Origin: an uncultured Actinomycetes bacterium
GTDB lineage: Bacteria > Actinomycetota > Thermoleophilia > Gaiellales > F1-60-MAGs149
Length of the DNA stretch: 45,657 bases
Assembly: GCA_903847495.1 (NCBI GenBank)
Contig: CAINDT010000349.1
Coordinates: forward strand, 1 to 45,657
Direction of reading: 5' to 3'
Position numbers and translations under genes: made by a program. This document shows positions 14,979 through 22,996 of this stretch, one piece after another. The notes under the pieces were generated by a model that saw only the letters and a program-made list of their open reading frames with translations, did not search any database and was not told the DNA's origin. Every line of letters begins with the position of its first letter. The stretch's first letter is position 1.

Positions 14979-15244
14979 TCGTCGGTTCCTTCCTGATTGT
15001 TCTTCTCGCGCAACTTGCGGATGCTTGAACGGAGCTTGCGGTTCTCCTCCACCAGACGGCAGGCGTACCGTCGCTCCTCCTCGATATGGCGCGCGGCATC
15101 CATCAGCACGCGCATCGCCTCCTCCTTCAGTTCTCCGAAGGGCCGGTCCATCGCGATCTCCATCGCGATCTTCCGAATCCTCTCCGAGTTGCTGTCGCTG
15201 AACGTACCCACCTTGTCGATGGCGTCGATCGGAAGCGTGCTCAC
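14975..15244 (-). CDS. Hypothetical coiled-coil protein, 89 aa
   Basis: Track ORF. GTG start in a GTGA overlap with the exonuclease stop. Confidence 0.6.
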   Translation of the reverse strand: MSTLPIDAIDKVGTFSDSNSERIRKIAMEIAMDRPFGELKEEAMRVLMDAARHIEEERRYACRLVEENRKLRSSIRKLREKNNQEGTDE

Positions 15245-16047
15245 AGCGACACCTCCTCATTGCGGACCGCCCACCGGGGAAGCCCGATCGTCTGGATGGT
15301 CGGGTCGTAGCCGTGCCAGTTGTTCGTCTTCATGCAGTTCGACAGCATCGGCAGGAGCCGAGCGATCTCGCGCTCGCCCTCGGCGATGGCGCGGTCGTCG
15401 AGCGTGTAGCACGCGATGCCGTACGGCATGGTCTTCTCGACGGCGATGAACACCATCGTCTCGACCTCGAAGCCGGCCATGCGCATCGCGCGCAGGTACC
15501 ACGCGGCCTGGATGTGGTAGGCGAACTTCGCGACCGAGCGCGGGAACTCCTCGGGAGAGGCGTCCTGCGTGCTCTTGAGGTCGACGATGCACCGCTGGTC
15601 GAGGTTGTAGGCGTCGATGCGCGCCTTGCAGGGAATCCCCAGCTCCTCCCAGAACAGGCTGATCTCGGTCTCGGTGCGCCCCAGCAGCAGGTCCGACGCG
15701 ACGGGATGCTCGCCCACGGCCTTGCCTATGCCGGTGACCGACAGCCACTCGTCCTCCGACAGCACCTTCTCGCCACGGAGCGAGTCGAGCCACGTCTGGT
15801 ACGCAGCCTTGCCGGCGACCGTGCGGCGGTCGAAGCTCGGCGCACAGGCGAACTGCTCGGTGAACTTGTACGGCTCGAGAACCAGCGTGTGGAACGCCTC
15901 GCCGACGACAAGCGCGCTCGCCTTGAGCGGCTCCTCGTCCATCATGCGCAGGTGTGCCGGTGAGCGACGGATGGCCTTGAGCCTCGACGCGCTCGCGCCA
16001 CGGAATGCGTGATACGCATCCGCAGGCATGTTCCTCTCCACTTTCAT
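15241..16047 (-). CDS. PD-(D/E)XK recombination exonuclease (RecE/exonuclease VIII C-terminal type), 268 aa
   Basis: Motifs PADAYHAFRGASASRLKAIRRSPAHL, IVDLKST and AYHIQAAWY. Paired with recT. ATG at 16047 (alternative 16029), each preceded by a GGAG-type RBS. Confidence 0.8.
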   Translation of the reverse strand: MKVERNMPADAYHAFRGASASRLKAIRRSPAHLRMMDEEPLKASALVVGEAFHTLVLEPYKFTEQFACAPSFDRRTVAGKAAYQTWLDSLRGEKVLSEDEWLSVTGIGKAVGEHPVASDLLLGRTETEISLFWEELGIPCKARIDAYNLDQRCIVDLKSTQDASPEEFPRSVAKFAYHIQAAWYLRAMRMAGFEVETMVFIAVEKTMPYGIACYTLDDRAIAEGEREIARLLPMLSNCMKTNNWHGYDPTIQTIGLPRWAVRNEEVSL

Positions 16048-16067
16048 GTTCCTACTCCGATCGAAAG

Positions 16068-16137
16068 ACCCACTGCCCGCGCGTGGGGAACGCGGAGGAG
16101 CCACCTGGCGTAAGGAGGTACGCGGCGGGCAGTGGGT
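16068..16137. promoter_or_regulatory. Long GC-rich stem-loop between the accessory and recombination modules
   Basis: ACCCACTGCCCGC (16068-16080) pairs with GCGGGCAGTGGGT (16125-16137). GCGT (16081-16084) pairs with ACGC (16120-16123). Confidence 0.45.
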
Positions 16138-16179
16138 AGGGGTGTTCGGACGTTCCGTTCACAGGTGGCTGCGCGGATG

Positions 16180-16617
16180 TTAGACGGTCTTGTCCGCGCT
16201 GTCAACACCAAGAACCTTGCGCGCCACCCAGGATTTCGCGCGGTCGATAACCGAGCGGTGCCGGCCATGCGACCTGCCCCACTTGTTCTGCGGGCAGCTC
16301 GTGTCGGGCATGGTCAACTTCACCGTCAGCTTCGCGCGCTCGCTCACGCCGCATCCGCACGAGCGGCAGTAGCCGATCTCGTCGGGGAGCTTGTCCGACA
16401 GCACGCGCGACGGACATGCGACGCAGAGCGCCTTGCGCGCCTCGAAGACCTCGTCAGGCACTGGGCCTGTCAGCATGAGGCTCGCCTCCGCCGACAGGTA
16501 CTTGCCGACGTTCGACACCGTCACCTCGGCGACGGGCTCCGCCGGCTTGGGATCGCGCTCGTCCTTGAGCGTGTCCGCATCGCTGTACTTGCGTCCGACT
16601 CTGTAGTACTCGGGCAT
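16180..16617 (-). CDS. Zinc-finger protein, 145 aa
   Basis: GGAGAGAGAG RBS before the ATG at 16617. Motif CVAC-x17-CRSCGCG-x19-CPQNKW. Confidence 0.75.
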   Translation of the reverse strand: MPEYYRVGRKYSDADTLKDERDPKPAEPVAEVTVSNVGKYLSAEASLMLTGPVPDEVFEARKALCVACPSRVLSDKLPDEIGYCRSCGCGVSERAKLTVKLTMPDTSCPQNKWGRSHGRHRSVIDRAKSWVARKVLGVDSADKTV

Positions 16618-16626
16618 CTCTCTCTC

Positions 16627-18579
16627 CTAGAACTCGACGCACGGTGCATTGCCGCCCATGCACGCGATCTGCGCCGGTGTGTCGTGTGGCGGGCAATCGA
16701 TGACTGGCAGGCAGTTGAACTTCTCGCCCTCGAGCTTCCAGCACGGCGGCGATGCCGTGTAGCAGATACCGCCGCAGCATAGGTCGTCCGCACCGTACTT
16801 GGTGAAGTCGCCGTTGGATAGCGGGTTGCAGATCGTGAAGTGGCCGACGTGGATTCCCTCGACCTCGGGCCAGTTCTTGAACGTGCCGAGAGCGGGAACC
16901 TCGTCGCGGCATCGGAACGGAACCGAGTCGGACCACGAGTCGGTGCTGCGCTTCATCTCGACGAGATACGAATTCACCGAGTAGTGGCAGACCGTCCTGG
17001 TATCGCTCTCGAATCCGTCGACGGGGTTGCCCGTGAAGCTGTTTCGGAATGCGTAGACGCTGTAGATGAACCTGATGCCCTCGCAGAGCGGGAGCACCGA
17101 CAGGTTGTTGCATTTCGTCGGGATCGGGAACGCGCCATCCGCGCACGACTGGACCGCGCCGGGGCCGCAGTTGTTCTCGCAGTCGCTGGTGCAGGAGTCG
17201 CAGCAGTTGTACGCGGGGTTGATGCACGCGCACGGCGTGCATTGCGTCGGGCCTCTTGGGTTGCCCTTGATGCCCTCGACGCAGCTCGGGTCTCCTCGAC
17301 CGCATCCGCGCAGCAGCGCCTCCTCCTCGGTCAGGCCGAGGCCGAAGCACGCAGGGTCGGAAGCGGGATTCCATCCGGCCCACTGCCAGCCCCCAGGCAC
17401 GCCGCGGAAGTAGACCCACTGGCGCTCGGCCCAGAAGTTGTACGCTGCCTGGTCGTCGAGATCGCCCTGATAGTTGATGAAGCAATCGGCCTGCAATCCC
17501 GCGGACTCGGGTATCACGTTGCCCTTGCGCAGCAGCGGAGTGTTGCTCGTTCCGACGAACGGCTCGCACAGGCGCTTGCGGTACGGGCCGAGCGTGTGCA
17601 TGTTCTCGACGTTCTGGATGCACGCGCCGTAGCCGGCGGTCGGGTAGAGCGCGTGCAGGTCGACGTACGCCTGCCGCTGCTCTCCGCGCCAGTCGCCGGC
17701 GCGCAGGTATCCCGCGTCCGCCAGCTTCTCGAGGATGAACTGCGGAGGCGTGATCTTGTCCTGGATGTTGTTCAGCAGCGACTCGGCCTCGTCGCCGGTG
17801 ATCACGCCGCGGACGACGGCCTCGTCGACCTCGAAGCGGTAGAGCGGGATCCCGCTGCAAGCGTATATCCACCACTTCGGAACGAGCTGGCTCTCGACGA
17901 ACGGGACTCCGCCGCAGTTCGACGTGGGCGGGTTCCCGACGTTCTGGTTGCAGCCGGGAACGTAGACGCGCACGCTTCCGTCGCAGTCGAGCGCGATGCG
18001 CCACCAACGCTCGGGGTAGACGAGACAGAGCATCTGCGTGTACAGGCTACCGACGCCGAGAGATCCGCCGAGCGTCTGCCCCTGCTTGAAGCAGCGCATC
18101 TCGATGTACCACTTGGTGGCGTCGTCAGCCATCATCTCGCTGCGGCGGTAGGTGTTGATGCCGCCTAGTCCGGTGAGGAACGAGTTGCACTGGCAGTTGC
18201 CGTCGTCGAACGAGGTCGAGCAGCAGTCGGTGTAGATCGGATCACCGGGGCAGTTCGGGCAGGGCGGCGGGAAGTCGACGAGCTGCGCCGGCTCGAGCGC
18301 GAAGAACACGCAGCGGTAGAAGCTCTTGTAGAACTTGTAGATCGCCTGCACCGGCGGAAGCTCGAAGTTCACGACCGTGTAGCAGGTCTCGCATGGGACC
18401 GTGCCGGGGATCTGCCCGCCGTACGCCGTGTGCTGCGTGAGTGCCGTCTGCGGCCTCTCGCACCAGAGGAGCAGGTGGTCGCATGCGTGGCAGCATCCGT
18501 CCTCGACCTCGGAGCCGTGGAGGCAGTCGCCGTACTTGCATCTTTCGCCGCCGCAGCAGCATCCTCGTGACGCGCTCAA
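16627..18579 (-). CDS. Cysteine-rich protein of unknown function, 650 aa
   Basis: Track ORF. TTG start in a TTGA overlap. About 52 Cys by hand count, in clusters (GCCCGGERC, PCPNCPGD, QCTPCAC, NCCDSCTSDCENNCGPG, LCCGGICY). The overlapping alternative-frame ORFs are Arg-rich shadows. Confidence 0.8.
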   Translation of the reverse strand: MSASRGCCCGGERCKYGDCLHGSEVEDGCCHACDHLLLWCERPQTALTQHTAYGGQIPGTVPCETCYTVVNFELPPVQAIYKFYKSFYRCVFFALEPAQLVDFPPPCPNCPGDPIYTDCCSTSFDDGNCQCNSFLTGLGGINTYRRSEMMADDATKWYIEMRCFKQGQTLGGSLGVGSLYTQMLCLVYPERWWRIALDCDGSVRVYVPGCNQNVGNPPTSNCGGVPFVESQLVPKWWIYACSGIPLYRFEVDEAVVRGVITGDEAESLLNNIQDKITPPQFILEKLADAGYLRAGDWRGEQRQAYVDLHALYPTAGYGACIQNVENMHTLGPYRKRLCEPFVGTSNTPLLRKGNVIPESAGLQADCFINYQGDLDDQAAYNFWAERQWVYFRGVPGGWQWAGWNPASDPACFGLGLTEEEALLRGCGRGDPSCVEGIKGNPRGPTQCTPCACINPAYNCCDSCTSDCENNCGPGAVQSCADGAFPIPTKCNNLSVLPLCEGIRFIYSVYAFRNSFTGNPVDGFESDTRTVCHYSVNSYLVEMKRSTDSWSDSVPFRCRDEVPALGTFKNWPEVEGIHVGHFTICNPLSNGDFTKYGADDLCCGGICYTASPPCWKLEGEKFNCLPVIDCPPHDTPAQIACMGGNAPCVEF

Positions 18580-18860
18580 TCGTCATCCTCCTCTTGCTCC
18601 TGCTCCGAAGCCTGCTCCTCCTGCTGCTCGGCGGTCTTCTCGACGAGAGCGTTGCAGAGCATCGCGTTGCCGATCTGGTGGCGCCAGTACCGCGTGGAAC
18701 GCCTGTTCTGCGTCGTCCACACGATCACGACGGCGTCGGCGCCGACGACCTCGACGAACTCGCGCGCCGCGCGCTCCGCGTGGTAGAGCGGAGTGATGTC
18801 GTCTTCCTGCGACTCGTCCTTCTTCCGCTTCGCCACGGTATCCCCCTTATCGCTGCACAT
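18576..18860 (-). CDS. Hypothetical protein with acidic tail, 94 aa
   Basis: Track ORF, ATG at 18860. C terminus EQQEEQASEQEQEEDDD. Confidence 0.6.
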   Translation of the reverse strand: MCSDKGDTVAKRKKDESQEDDITPLYHAERAAREFVEVVGADAVVIVWTTQNRRSTRYWRHQIGNAMLCNALVEKTAEQQEEQASEQEQEEDDD

Positions 18861-19605
18861 ACTGGTCGAAGAGCATGTAGTCGATGCCCATCCTGTTGGC
18901 TCCAGCCGACGCGCTGTTGTGCGAGAGGAACGATCCCGCGTACATCGATCCTAAAGACGCGCTCGTCGCCGTCGGGATGTTCGTCGTCGACGTGTACACC
19001 ACGCTGCCGTTGTTCCTGAACACGACGCTGGTCGCCGCGGCGTTCACCTCGACGGAGAGCACTCTCGGAGTGGCGACGGGAAGTCCGGTGTCGAAGTTGG
19101 TCGCCACGCCGTCCCTGATGGTCGTGCAGTACCAGTTGGTCGAGGTGGTGAGACCCGTGAAGGTTCCGCACCGGAAGTACGCCGCGTCCGATGCAGCAGC
19201 TCCCTGCGAGATGTAGAATCCGAATCCCGACCTGATGAACGCGACATCGCCGACATTCGACAGGCCGAGGTAGAGCTTGGAGGAGATCCTCATCTCCTCG
19301 GATCCGAGCACGATCGACTGGGTCAAGGGGCTCGACCTGATCGCTGCTGATGATCCGGATGTCCCGTTCAGAGGGGTGAGAACCGCGACCCCGTTCTTCG
19401 AGGGCAGGTCGGACGTGATGTTGTACTGGACGATACCGCTGCTCGCGAGCGCCTCCGCGAAGTCACCGACGTTGTTGTGGAAGTCACCGAACTGCCGCAC
19501 GAGCAGCCTCGGGTCGTACGTCCGCGTGAGCATCGCGTCCGATGCGAGGATCCCCGAGTCGGCGATGCTGACGCTGTTGCTTGCCGTTGAGACAGTGACG
19601 TTCAT
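18847..19605 (-). CDS. Lectin/jelly-roll-like protein, paralogue B, 252 aa
   Basis: GAGGTAA RBS. Paralogous to 19609..20484 (MNVTVS.. vs MNLTVT..; ..VEVNAAATSVVFRNNGSVVYTSTTNIPT vs ..VRVNAAGTQALFYIDGVLVATITTNIPT). Confidence 0.8.
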   Translation of the reverse strand: MNVTVSTASNSVSIADSGILASDAMLTRTYDPRLLVRQFGDFHNNVGDFAEALASSGIVQYNITSDLPSKNGVAVLTPLNGTSGSSAAIRSSPLTQSIVLGSEEMRISSKLYLGLSNVGDVAFIRSGFGFYISQGAAASDAAYFRCGTFTGLTTSTNWYCTTIRDGVATNFDTGLPVATPRVLSVEVNAAATSVVFRNNGSVVYTSTTNIPTATSASLGSMYAGSFLSHNSASAGANRMGIDYMLFDQYVQR

Positions 19606-19608
19606 GGG

Positions 19609-20484
19609 TTACCTCGCTCGCTTGTACTCGTATGACTGCCAGTCGATGTCGAAGGGAGCCAATGCGGTGATTCCAGCTGGATCGCCGGCGCGAACGGAGC
19701 ATCCTGCCATGCACCAATTCCCGTTTGCCTGTGCATCGGCGGTCGCGACAGTGGGGATGTTCGTCGTGATGGTCGCGACGAGAACGCCGTCGATGTAGAA
19801 CAGCGCCTGTGTACCCGCTGCGTTCACGCGGACCTCGAGGACGTGCCAGTCGTTCACCGCGATTCCGGTGTCGATCTCGGTCGCGTCTCCAGTGTTGTAT
19901 GCGGGATCGATTGGATCCCTGACGTAGTTCGCAGCCGCAAGCGCATGCCATGTCGTCTTGCTTCCGTAGCACAGGAAGCAGCAGGCGTTCACCTGTCCGT
20001 CGCCCACCATGCCGGCCTGTCCGATGATCGGCGGCGCATGCCCTTGGCTGAATCCGACTCGATATGTGATGTTCGTCTGCGCGCCCTTGTCCACCCGGAC
20101 CCTCGCCGCGAAGTTCGCTGCCGCGTACCCGACTCCGAACACCATCTGCGGCTGGACGGAAACGCTGGGTCGGTCGCTGATCCATCCTCGGGATCCGGCG
20201 GTGTTGATTGCCGGTGAGATCGTGATGTAGTTGACCGTGTCTCCGCTGTAGATGTGCGTGTACGTCGCCGTCGCGCCATTGGCCGTAAACACGTTCCAGG
20301 GAGATGCGTTGTGGCTGAAGTCGCTGAAGAGCCGGTACGAGCTACGGTCCATCGCGACATGGTCGACCGATCCGTAGTTCAGCGTCGGGCTCGGGAAGTT
20401 TCCCGCGAGCACGCCGGAGGCGGTTCCTGCGGGATTCTCGCTCACGAGCACGCTGGTACCCGTCTCCGTGACGGTCAGGTTCAT
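19609..20484 (-). CDS. Lectin/jelly-roll-like protein, paralogue A, 291 aa
   Basis: Track ORF with an ATGA overlap. Concanavalin-like signature WHVLEVRVNAAGTQALFYIDGVLV. Confidence 0.8.
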   Translation of the reverse strand: MNLTVTETGTSVLVSENPAGTASGVLAGNFPSPTLNYGSVDHVAMDRSSYRLFSDFSHNASPWNVFTANGATATYTHIYSGDTVNYITISPAINTAGSRGWISDRPSVSVQPQMVFGVGYAAANFAARVRVDKGAQTNITYRVGFSQGHAPPIIGQAGMVGDGQVNACCFLCYGSKTTWHALAAANYVRDPIDPAYNTGDATEIDTGIAVNDWHVLEVRVNAAGTQALFYIDGVLVATITTNIPTVATADAQANGNWCMAGCSVRAGDPAGITALAPFDIDWQSYEYKRAR

Positions 20485-20831
20485 CGCGTCACCTCGCCCG
20501 ACAGCGTGACGAGACCCTGGAGCAGGCGCGTCACCACGCCCGACGGGCTCACGATCTCGAGGTCGTAGACGCCGTCGCAGGGCAGCGCCGCGGTCTGCGC
20601 GTCGGTCAGCGTCAGCACGATGGTGCCGTTCGCCGGCGTCGGGATCGTCAGGCCGGATGTCGCGGTGGACACGCTGAACAGGGTCGCCGAGCTCTGGTAC
20701 GCGGCGCGCGCCATCATGCGGGCGCTGTAGCCCGAGAGGTTGACGGCGGTACCCGCGTCGTCGGTGTAGGTGAAGCTGCGGGTGTGCGTGGCACCCTGCT
20801 CGATGATCATGTTGTAGATGCCTGCGGCCAT
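20481..20831 (-). CDS. Ig-like beta-sandwich protein, 116 aa
   Basis: ATG at 20831 in a TGATG junction. Product MAAGIYNMIIEQGATHTRSFTYTDDAGTAVNLSGY...VYDLEIVSPSGVVTRLLQGLVTLSGEVTR. Confidence 0.65.
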   Translation of the reverse strand: MAAGIYNMIIEQGATHTRSFTYTDDAGTAVNLSGYSARMMARAAYQSSATLFSVSTATSGLTIPTPANGTIVLTLTDAQTAALPCDGVYDLEIVSPSGVVTRLLQGLVTLSGEVTR

Positions 20832-21703
20832 CAGCGTGCCTCCGTGAATTCGTACTCGACCTTGTGCTTCCTGTTCATCCAGACCCGCATCCAGAGGGCT
20901 CCACGGGGCTTCGGCGGACCGCCGCGCTCGGTGTGCCACCCATCCTGCGGGCTGAACTCGTCCTTGTATCCGGGCGTCCGGATGTGCGTCTGCCTGTCGA
21001 GATAGGGTACGTCGGCGCTCGTCACGCGGTACCTCTCGATGGGCAGAATCCACTGGTCGTGCGTGTGGCCCGTCCAGACCACGTCCGCGTCGGGCAGATA
21101 GACCGCCATGCGCGAGGTCTGGATGGTTCCGCGCGTCACGGGACCGCCTCCGCCGTAGCCGTGGTGCCTGTACATCCACAGGCTGACCGACCTGCGGTCG
21201 CCCTTCGGACAGATCATCAGGCGCACCCACCCGGCGTAGCCCGTGCAGTGCAGGTTCACCGCGCCCTTGAGCTTCAGCCGCTCGACGGTCCTCTCGGTGA
21301 GGTTCGTCTCGTGGTGCTTGAGGATCGCGGTCTCGTGGTTGCCAAGCCCCATCATGCACCAGTTGGGCGCATATGGAGCGTAGAACTCGACCGCTTCGTC
21401 CACCAGACGATCGAGGTAGTTCCCGAACTGGTATTCGGGTCGGAGCGCCGAGCGGTCTGCCCGCCGGTCCCAACGGCCCTGCATTGCGCAATGCAGGTCG
21501 CCGTTGTCGAGGATCAATGCGCCGCGGCGCTTGGCCTCCTCGAGATGACGGCGCTCCATGTCTATTTCGGTGTGCGCATTGTCGTGATGCGCGTCCGAAC
21601 GAAGCAGGAACCAGATCGGATCGGTCGTCCGAGTCGGCCTGTAGTCGATGCGCAGGACGGCTTTGTCAGTCCTGCGCACCGTGATGTTCTCGAGATCAGA
21701 CAT
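20831..21703 (-). CDS. Calcineurin-like metallophosphoesterase, 290 aa
   Basis: Motifs SDAHHDN, NGDLH, GNHE and GHTHD in canonical order. Confidence 0.8.
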   Translation of the reverse strand: MSDLENITVRRTDKAVLRIDYRPTRTTDPIWFLLRSDAHHDNAHTEIDMERRHLEEAKRRGALILDNGDLHCAMQGRWDRRADRSALRPEYQFGNYLDRLVDEAVEFYAPYAPNWCMMGLGNHETAILKHHETNLTERTVERLKLKGAVNLHCTGYAGWVRLMICPKGDRRSVSLWMYRHHGYGGGGPVTRGTIQTSRMAVYLPDADVVWTGHTHDQWILPIERYRVTSADVPYLDRQTHIRTPGYKDEFSPQDGWHTERGGPPKPRGALWMRVWMNRKHKVEYEFTEAR

Positions 21704-21721
21704 GGCACCCCTTTGTCCAGC

Positions 21722-22072
21722 CTAGTTCCCGTCGACGTATGAGGGTGGCACCATGTACCACCCCTCCGGTATCGGCACGGCGTTCTGCGACAGAACCCAT
21801 TCGCCGTCAACCCTGTGGTACACGCGGCTCTTCATCATTGGACCGACCCGCATCGGGGTCGACTCGTCGACGAACACCGTCCTGCCGCAGCCACTCGCGA
21901 ATGCGATCACCAGCGCGGCCAAGAGCATCGCGGTCAACGCCGGCATCCACAGCAGATTGACCAGACGAAATTCGGCGATCCAGCCACGAGACAAGGGACA
22001 GGACAACCTGCGCGACGATTCGCTCGAGCATGGAGCGTTCTCCGAATACCAGTCGTCGTATCCCTGCGTCAC
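21722..22072 (-). CDS. Putative lipoprotein (o-spanin-like), 116 aa or 74 aa from the internal ATG at 21946
   Basis: GTG at 22072 in a GTGA overlap. Internal MPALTAMLLAALVIAFASGC looks like a signal peptide with a lipobox. Confidence 0.55.
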   Translation of the reverse strand: MTQGYDDWYSENAPCSSESSRRLSCPLSRGWIAEFRLVNLLWMPALTAMLLAALVIAFASGCGRTVFVDESTPMRVGPMMKSRVYHRVDGEWVLSQNAVPIPEGWYMVPPSYVDGN

Positions 22073-22269
22073 CTGGCTCCCGCGGCCTCGCTCGAGACGT
22101 TGTTGTCGCGTGCCGCAAGCAGTCCGATGCCGGCGATCACGGCGGCGACGACCGCACCCCAGTCGGGGATGGTCGCGGGGTCTGCATCGAACATGGCGGT
22201 GAGCGCGCTGCCGACAGCGACGAGGATGGCTCCGATGCCCGCCGCGCTGGTCTTCCAGGATCCGTTCAC
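22069..22269 (-). CDS. Putative holin, 66 aa, two TM helices
   Basis: Hydrophobic segments AAGIGAILVAVGSALTAMF and WGAVVAAVIAGIGLLAA, then a charged tail RDNNVSSE. GTGA overlap. Confidence 0.65.
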   Translation of the reverse strand: MNGSWKTSAAGIGAILVAVGSALTAMFDADPATIPDWGAVVAAVIAGIGLLAARDNNVSSEAAGAR

Positions 22270-22535
22270 TTGATGGTCCTTTCGAGGTTCTCGAGACGAC
22301 GCTGGATGTCCTCGAGCGTCTTCGTGTGCAGGGCGTCCGCCACAGCAGTGGATGCCTGGGCTCTCGCCAGATCGTTCACGACGACAGCGAGCTTGTCGAG
22401 ATCGGTGCGCGTCTGATTCAGCTGCTCGGTCTTGCCACCGAATGCGAACAGGAGCGTGGCGATGCCGACGAGCATGGTCACGATCTGGAGGATTCCGACG
22501 ACGTTGACTGGTTTCGCTTCAGACATGTCATTCAC
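22266..22535 (-). CDS. N-terminally anchored coiled-coil membrane protein (i-spanin-like or second holin), 89 aa
   Basis: TM segment VVGILQIVTMLVGIATLLFAFGG followed by a coiled-coil-like region. GTG at 22535 (GTGA overlap) or ATG at 22526. Confidence 0.55.
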   Translation of the reverse strand: MNDMSEAKPVNVVGILQIVTMLVGIATLLFAFGGKTEQLNQTRTDLDKLAVVVNDLARAQASTAVADALHTKTLEDIQRRLENLERTIK

Positions 22536-22996
22536 CCATTGAGGATCTCGTCGCGGCGCGCCTGCGTCAGCAGCCCCTGCGACACGAGGTAGTCCATGCC
22601 GGCCACCGTCATCGGGTCATCCGAGACGATCTCCTGCGCAGCCTGTGCGAGCTGCTGGAAGTCGGCGACGTTCGCGTTGGTAAGCGAGGCTGCGCGGAAT
22701 GCGGCGCGCTCCTCCGCCGTGAACCGAAGGAGGAACTGATAGGCAGTCCACTTCTTGCGCATTTCTTTTTCCGTCTTTGCGCGCACCGTCCAGACCTGCG
22801 TAACGGAATCGGGATTGACCTGCCAGGAATATTCGGCGATCTCCGACTCCGAGACATCCGGAGCGTCTTCGTAGTTGACCGGAAGGAACGAATCCTTCTT
22901 GGGATTCCCCGTGAGAACCCAGTTCGCGTGGAGCTCGTCGGGAACATCTCTGAACTCCACCAACGAGCCATTCAGAACGTAGGCGAACAAGCTCAT
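22532..22996 (-). CDS. Hypothetical protein, 154 aa (possible fibre assembly or accessory protein)
   Basis: Track ORF with an ATGA overlap to the LamG-like gene. No catalytic motif recognised. Confidence 0.7.
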   Translation of the reverse strand: MSLFAYVLNGSLVEFRDVPDELHANWVLTGNPKKDSFLPVNYEDAPDVSESEIAEYSWQVNPDSVTQVWTVRAKTEKEMRKKWTAYQFLLRFTAEERAAFRAASLTNANVADFQQLAQAAQEIVSDDPMTVAGMDYLVSQGLLTQARRDEILNG

